In this document: positions 31,468-32,000 of the stretch, piece after piece
How positions within the stretch are numbered: the first letter of the stretch is position 1
Layout of the letters: each line of letters starts with the position of its first letter
DNA from: Chlamydiales bacterium
GTDB taxonomy: Bacteria; Chlamydiota; Chlamydiia; Chlamydiales; SM23-39
DNA: 32,000 nucleotides
Direction: 5' to 3'
Assembly: GCA_965261025.1 (NCBI GenBank)
Contig: OZ253438.1
Coordinates: 840,001 to 872,000, forward strand
Notes under the pieces: generated by a model
The model's database searches: none
What the model saw: only the letters and a program-made list of their open reading frames with translations
What the model was told of the DNA's origin: nothing
Position numbers and translations under genes: made by a program

Positions 31468-31658
31468 GAGAAGATTCGTTGCTTTTGGTAAGACAGCTAT
31501 CTCAAAAAAACAAGCAAAAAAAATCTTTATTCCCCTTCAAGAGAAAGTGATCTTGCTAAACAAAGGAGTAACATCCTGGGGAAGAAAGAAATAGCCACCC
31601 CCATACTCTAGCTCTTTTCCTATCCGGATGGTCTCTTCCTCTGATCCCGATAGATCCA

Positions 31659-32000
31659 CTATCTTATCATTTTGCTTATATTTTCGAAGTAACTCTGGAT
31701 CCTCTTTCCCTCTTTCAGATCTAGAAGATACATTCCTGTTTTATACTCTATCAAAACAAGAAAAGGTTTCTCAGGCTCATAAAAATTTTCTCTTTGAAAA
31801 AGCTTCTCGTCTCGAAAAAACCTAGAGGCTAATTGACAGGCTATTTGTTCTGCCTCCCTTTTTTCTTTTTTAAAATCAAAAATAATTTCAAATACCTTGC
31901 TACGCCAAAGAACTACCACCAAAAATAGCTTACAAAGACAAATAAGCCTAACAGAGGCACCTTTAGAATCAAAAGCTTTCAACCATTGTAATCTTCTATA
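31659..32000 (-). CDS. 3' part of an unidentified ORF that is open to the right window edge; possibly frameshifted (see findings)
   Basis: The minus-strand frame is open from base 32000 to TAG at 31661-31659. The listed start at 31982 is a TTG with open frame upstream. A second frame stays open from 31740 to TGA at 31539-31537. The identity is uncertain. Confidence 0.4.
   Translation of the reverse strand, partial: YRRLQWLKAFDSKGASVRLICLCKLFLVVVLWRSKVFEIIFDFKKEKREAEQIACQLASRFFRDEKLFQRENFYEPEKPFLVLIEYKTGMYLLDLKEGKRIQSYFENISKMIR

Noticed and set aside
348-31825. About 30 short ORFs (60-110 aa) from the six-frame track lying inside or antisense to the genes called above. Examples are 348-635, 2082-2288, 3802-4014, 5552-5797, 5575-5757, 6329-6511, 6781-7002, 7696-7893, 8021-8290, 8820-9041, 10050-10286, 10537-10791, 11036-11218, 12496-12693, 13597-13797, 16128-16358, 17736-18050, 18950-19165, 23850-24032, 24762-25180, 25634-25843, 26919-27122, 27356-27586, 28193-28435, 30527-30715, 31361-31594 and 31628-31825.
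   Set aside because: They are shadow ORFs of longer, motif-supported genes in an AT-rich, stop-poor sequence. They have low-complexity F/L/S/K-rich translations, no RBS and no recognisable motifs.
31537-31860. An alternative reading of the right-edge ORF pieces as a degraded ruvA. The segments LVLIEYKTGMY.. and ..GGYFF....PLFSKI recall the RuvA domain I motifs L.IE..G.GY and LYGF...ER.LF..LI. I also recall ndk-ruvA as neighbours in C. trachomatis.
   Set aside because: There is no start codon at the position a RuvA N-terminus requires, because the frame is open for more than 60 codons further upstream to the window edge. A full ruvA would run into ndk. The resemblance is no stronger than the MutL-like one, so I leave the identity open.
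1-32000. Search for CRISPR arrays, IS elements, integrases, phage genes, toxin-antitoxin pairs or known defence systems, especially next to the three tRNA genes
   Set aside because: I saw no direct-repeat/spacer periodicity, no terminal inverted repeats and no transposase, recombinase or DDE motifs. No duplicated tRNA 3' halves (att-like sites) were visible. The HsdR_N-like gene is a stand-alone small domain without HsdM, HsdS or helicase partners, so I do not call it a restriction system.

Overview
The window is a gene-dense, AT-rich bacterial chromosome segment. About 90% is coding, and many start/stop codons overlap by 1-10 nt. Gene content and local gene order look like a member of the Chlamydiae outside the Chlamydiaceae. 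From memory, three blocks resemble C. trachomatis neighbourhoods: atoC..recO..yidD..pheT, then yceA-rpsD-mviN-nfo, then sfhB..kdsA-x-yhbG. Unlike C. trachomatis, this window also carries asnS, a GT9 glycosyltransferase and an activator with an HTH domain. I can support about 30 CDSs, mostly housekeeping: hpf, recO, yidD, pheT, trhO, rpsD, murJ, nfo, asnS, hemA-like, KH protein, rluD-like, dapB, kdsA, lptB and ndk. There are also three tRNAs: Arg-UCG, Leu-GAG and Arg-UCU. I found one exact sigma-54 promoter, four sigma-70-like promoters and one clean intrinsic terminator. I saw no CRISPR array, rRNA, transposase, integrase or phage genes. The points most worth a second look are these. (1) A textbook -24/-12 promoter drives a 73-aa orphan ORF, and an enhancer-binding-protein gene ends in the same window. 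(2) A roughly 1.9 kb accessory and decaying insertion lies between trhO and rpsD. (3) hpf, an HsdR_N-like gene and a DUF115/Maf-like gene form a translationally coupled operon. (4) An 864-aa family-II-pyrophosphatase-like DHH/DHHA2 protein has large insertions. (5) A membrane-anchored glycosyltransferase has two domains. (6) A perfect consensus promoter drives a 62-aa charged protein. (7) An ORF at the right edge appears split between two frames. All functional calls rest on motif recognition by eye; no database search was run.
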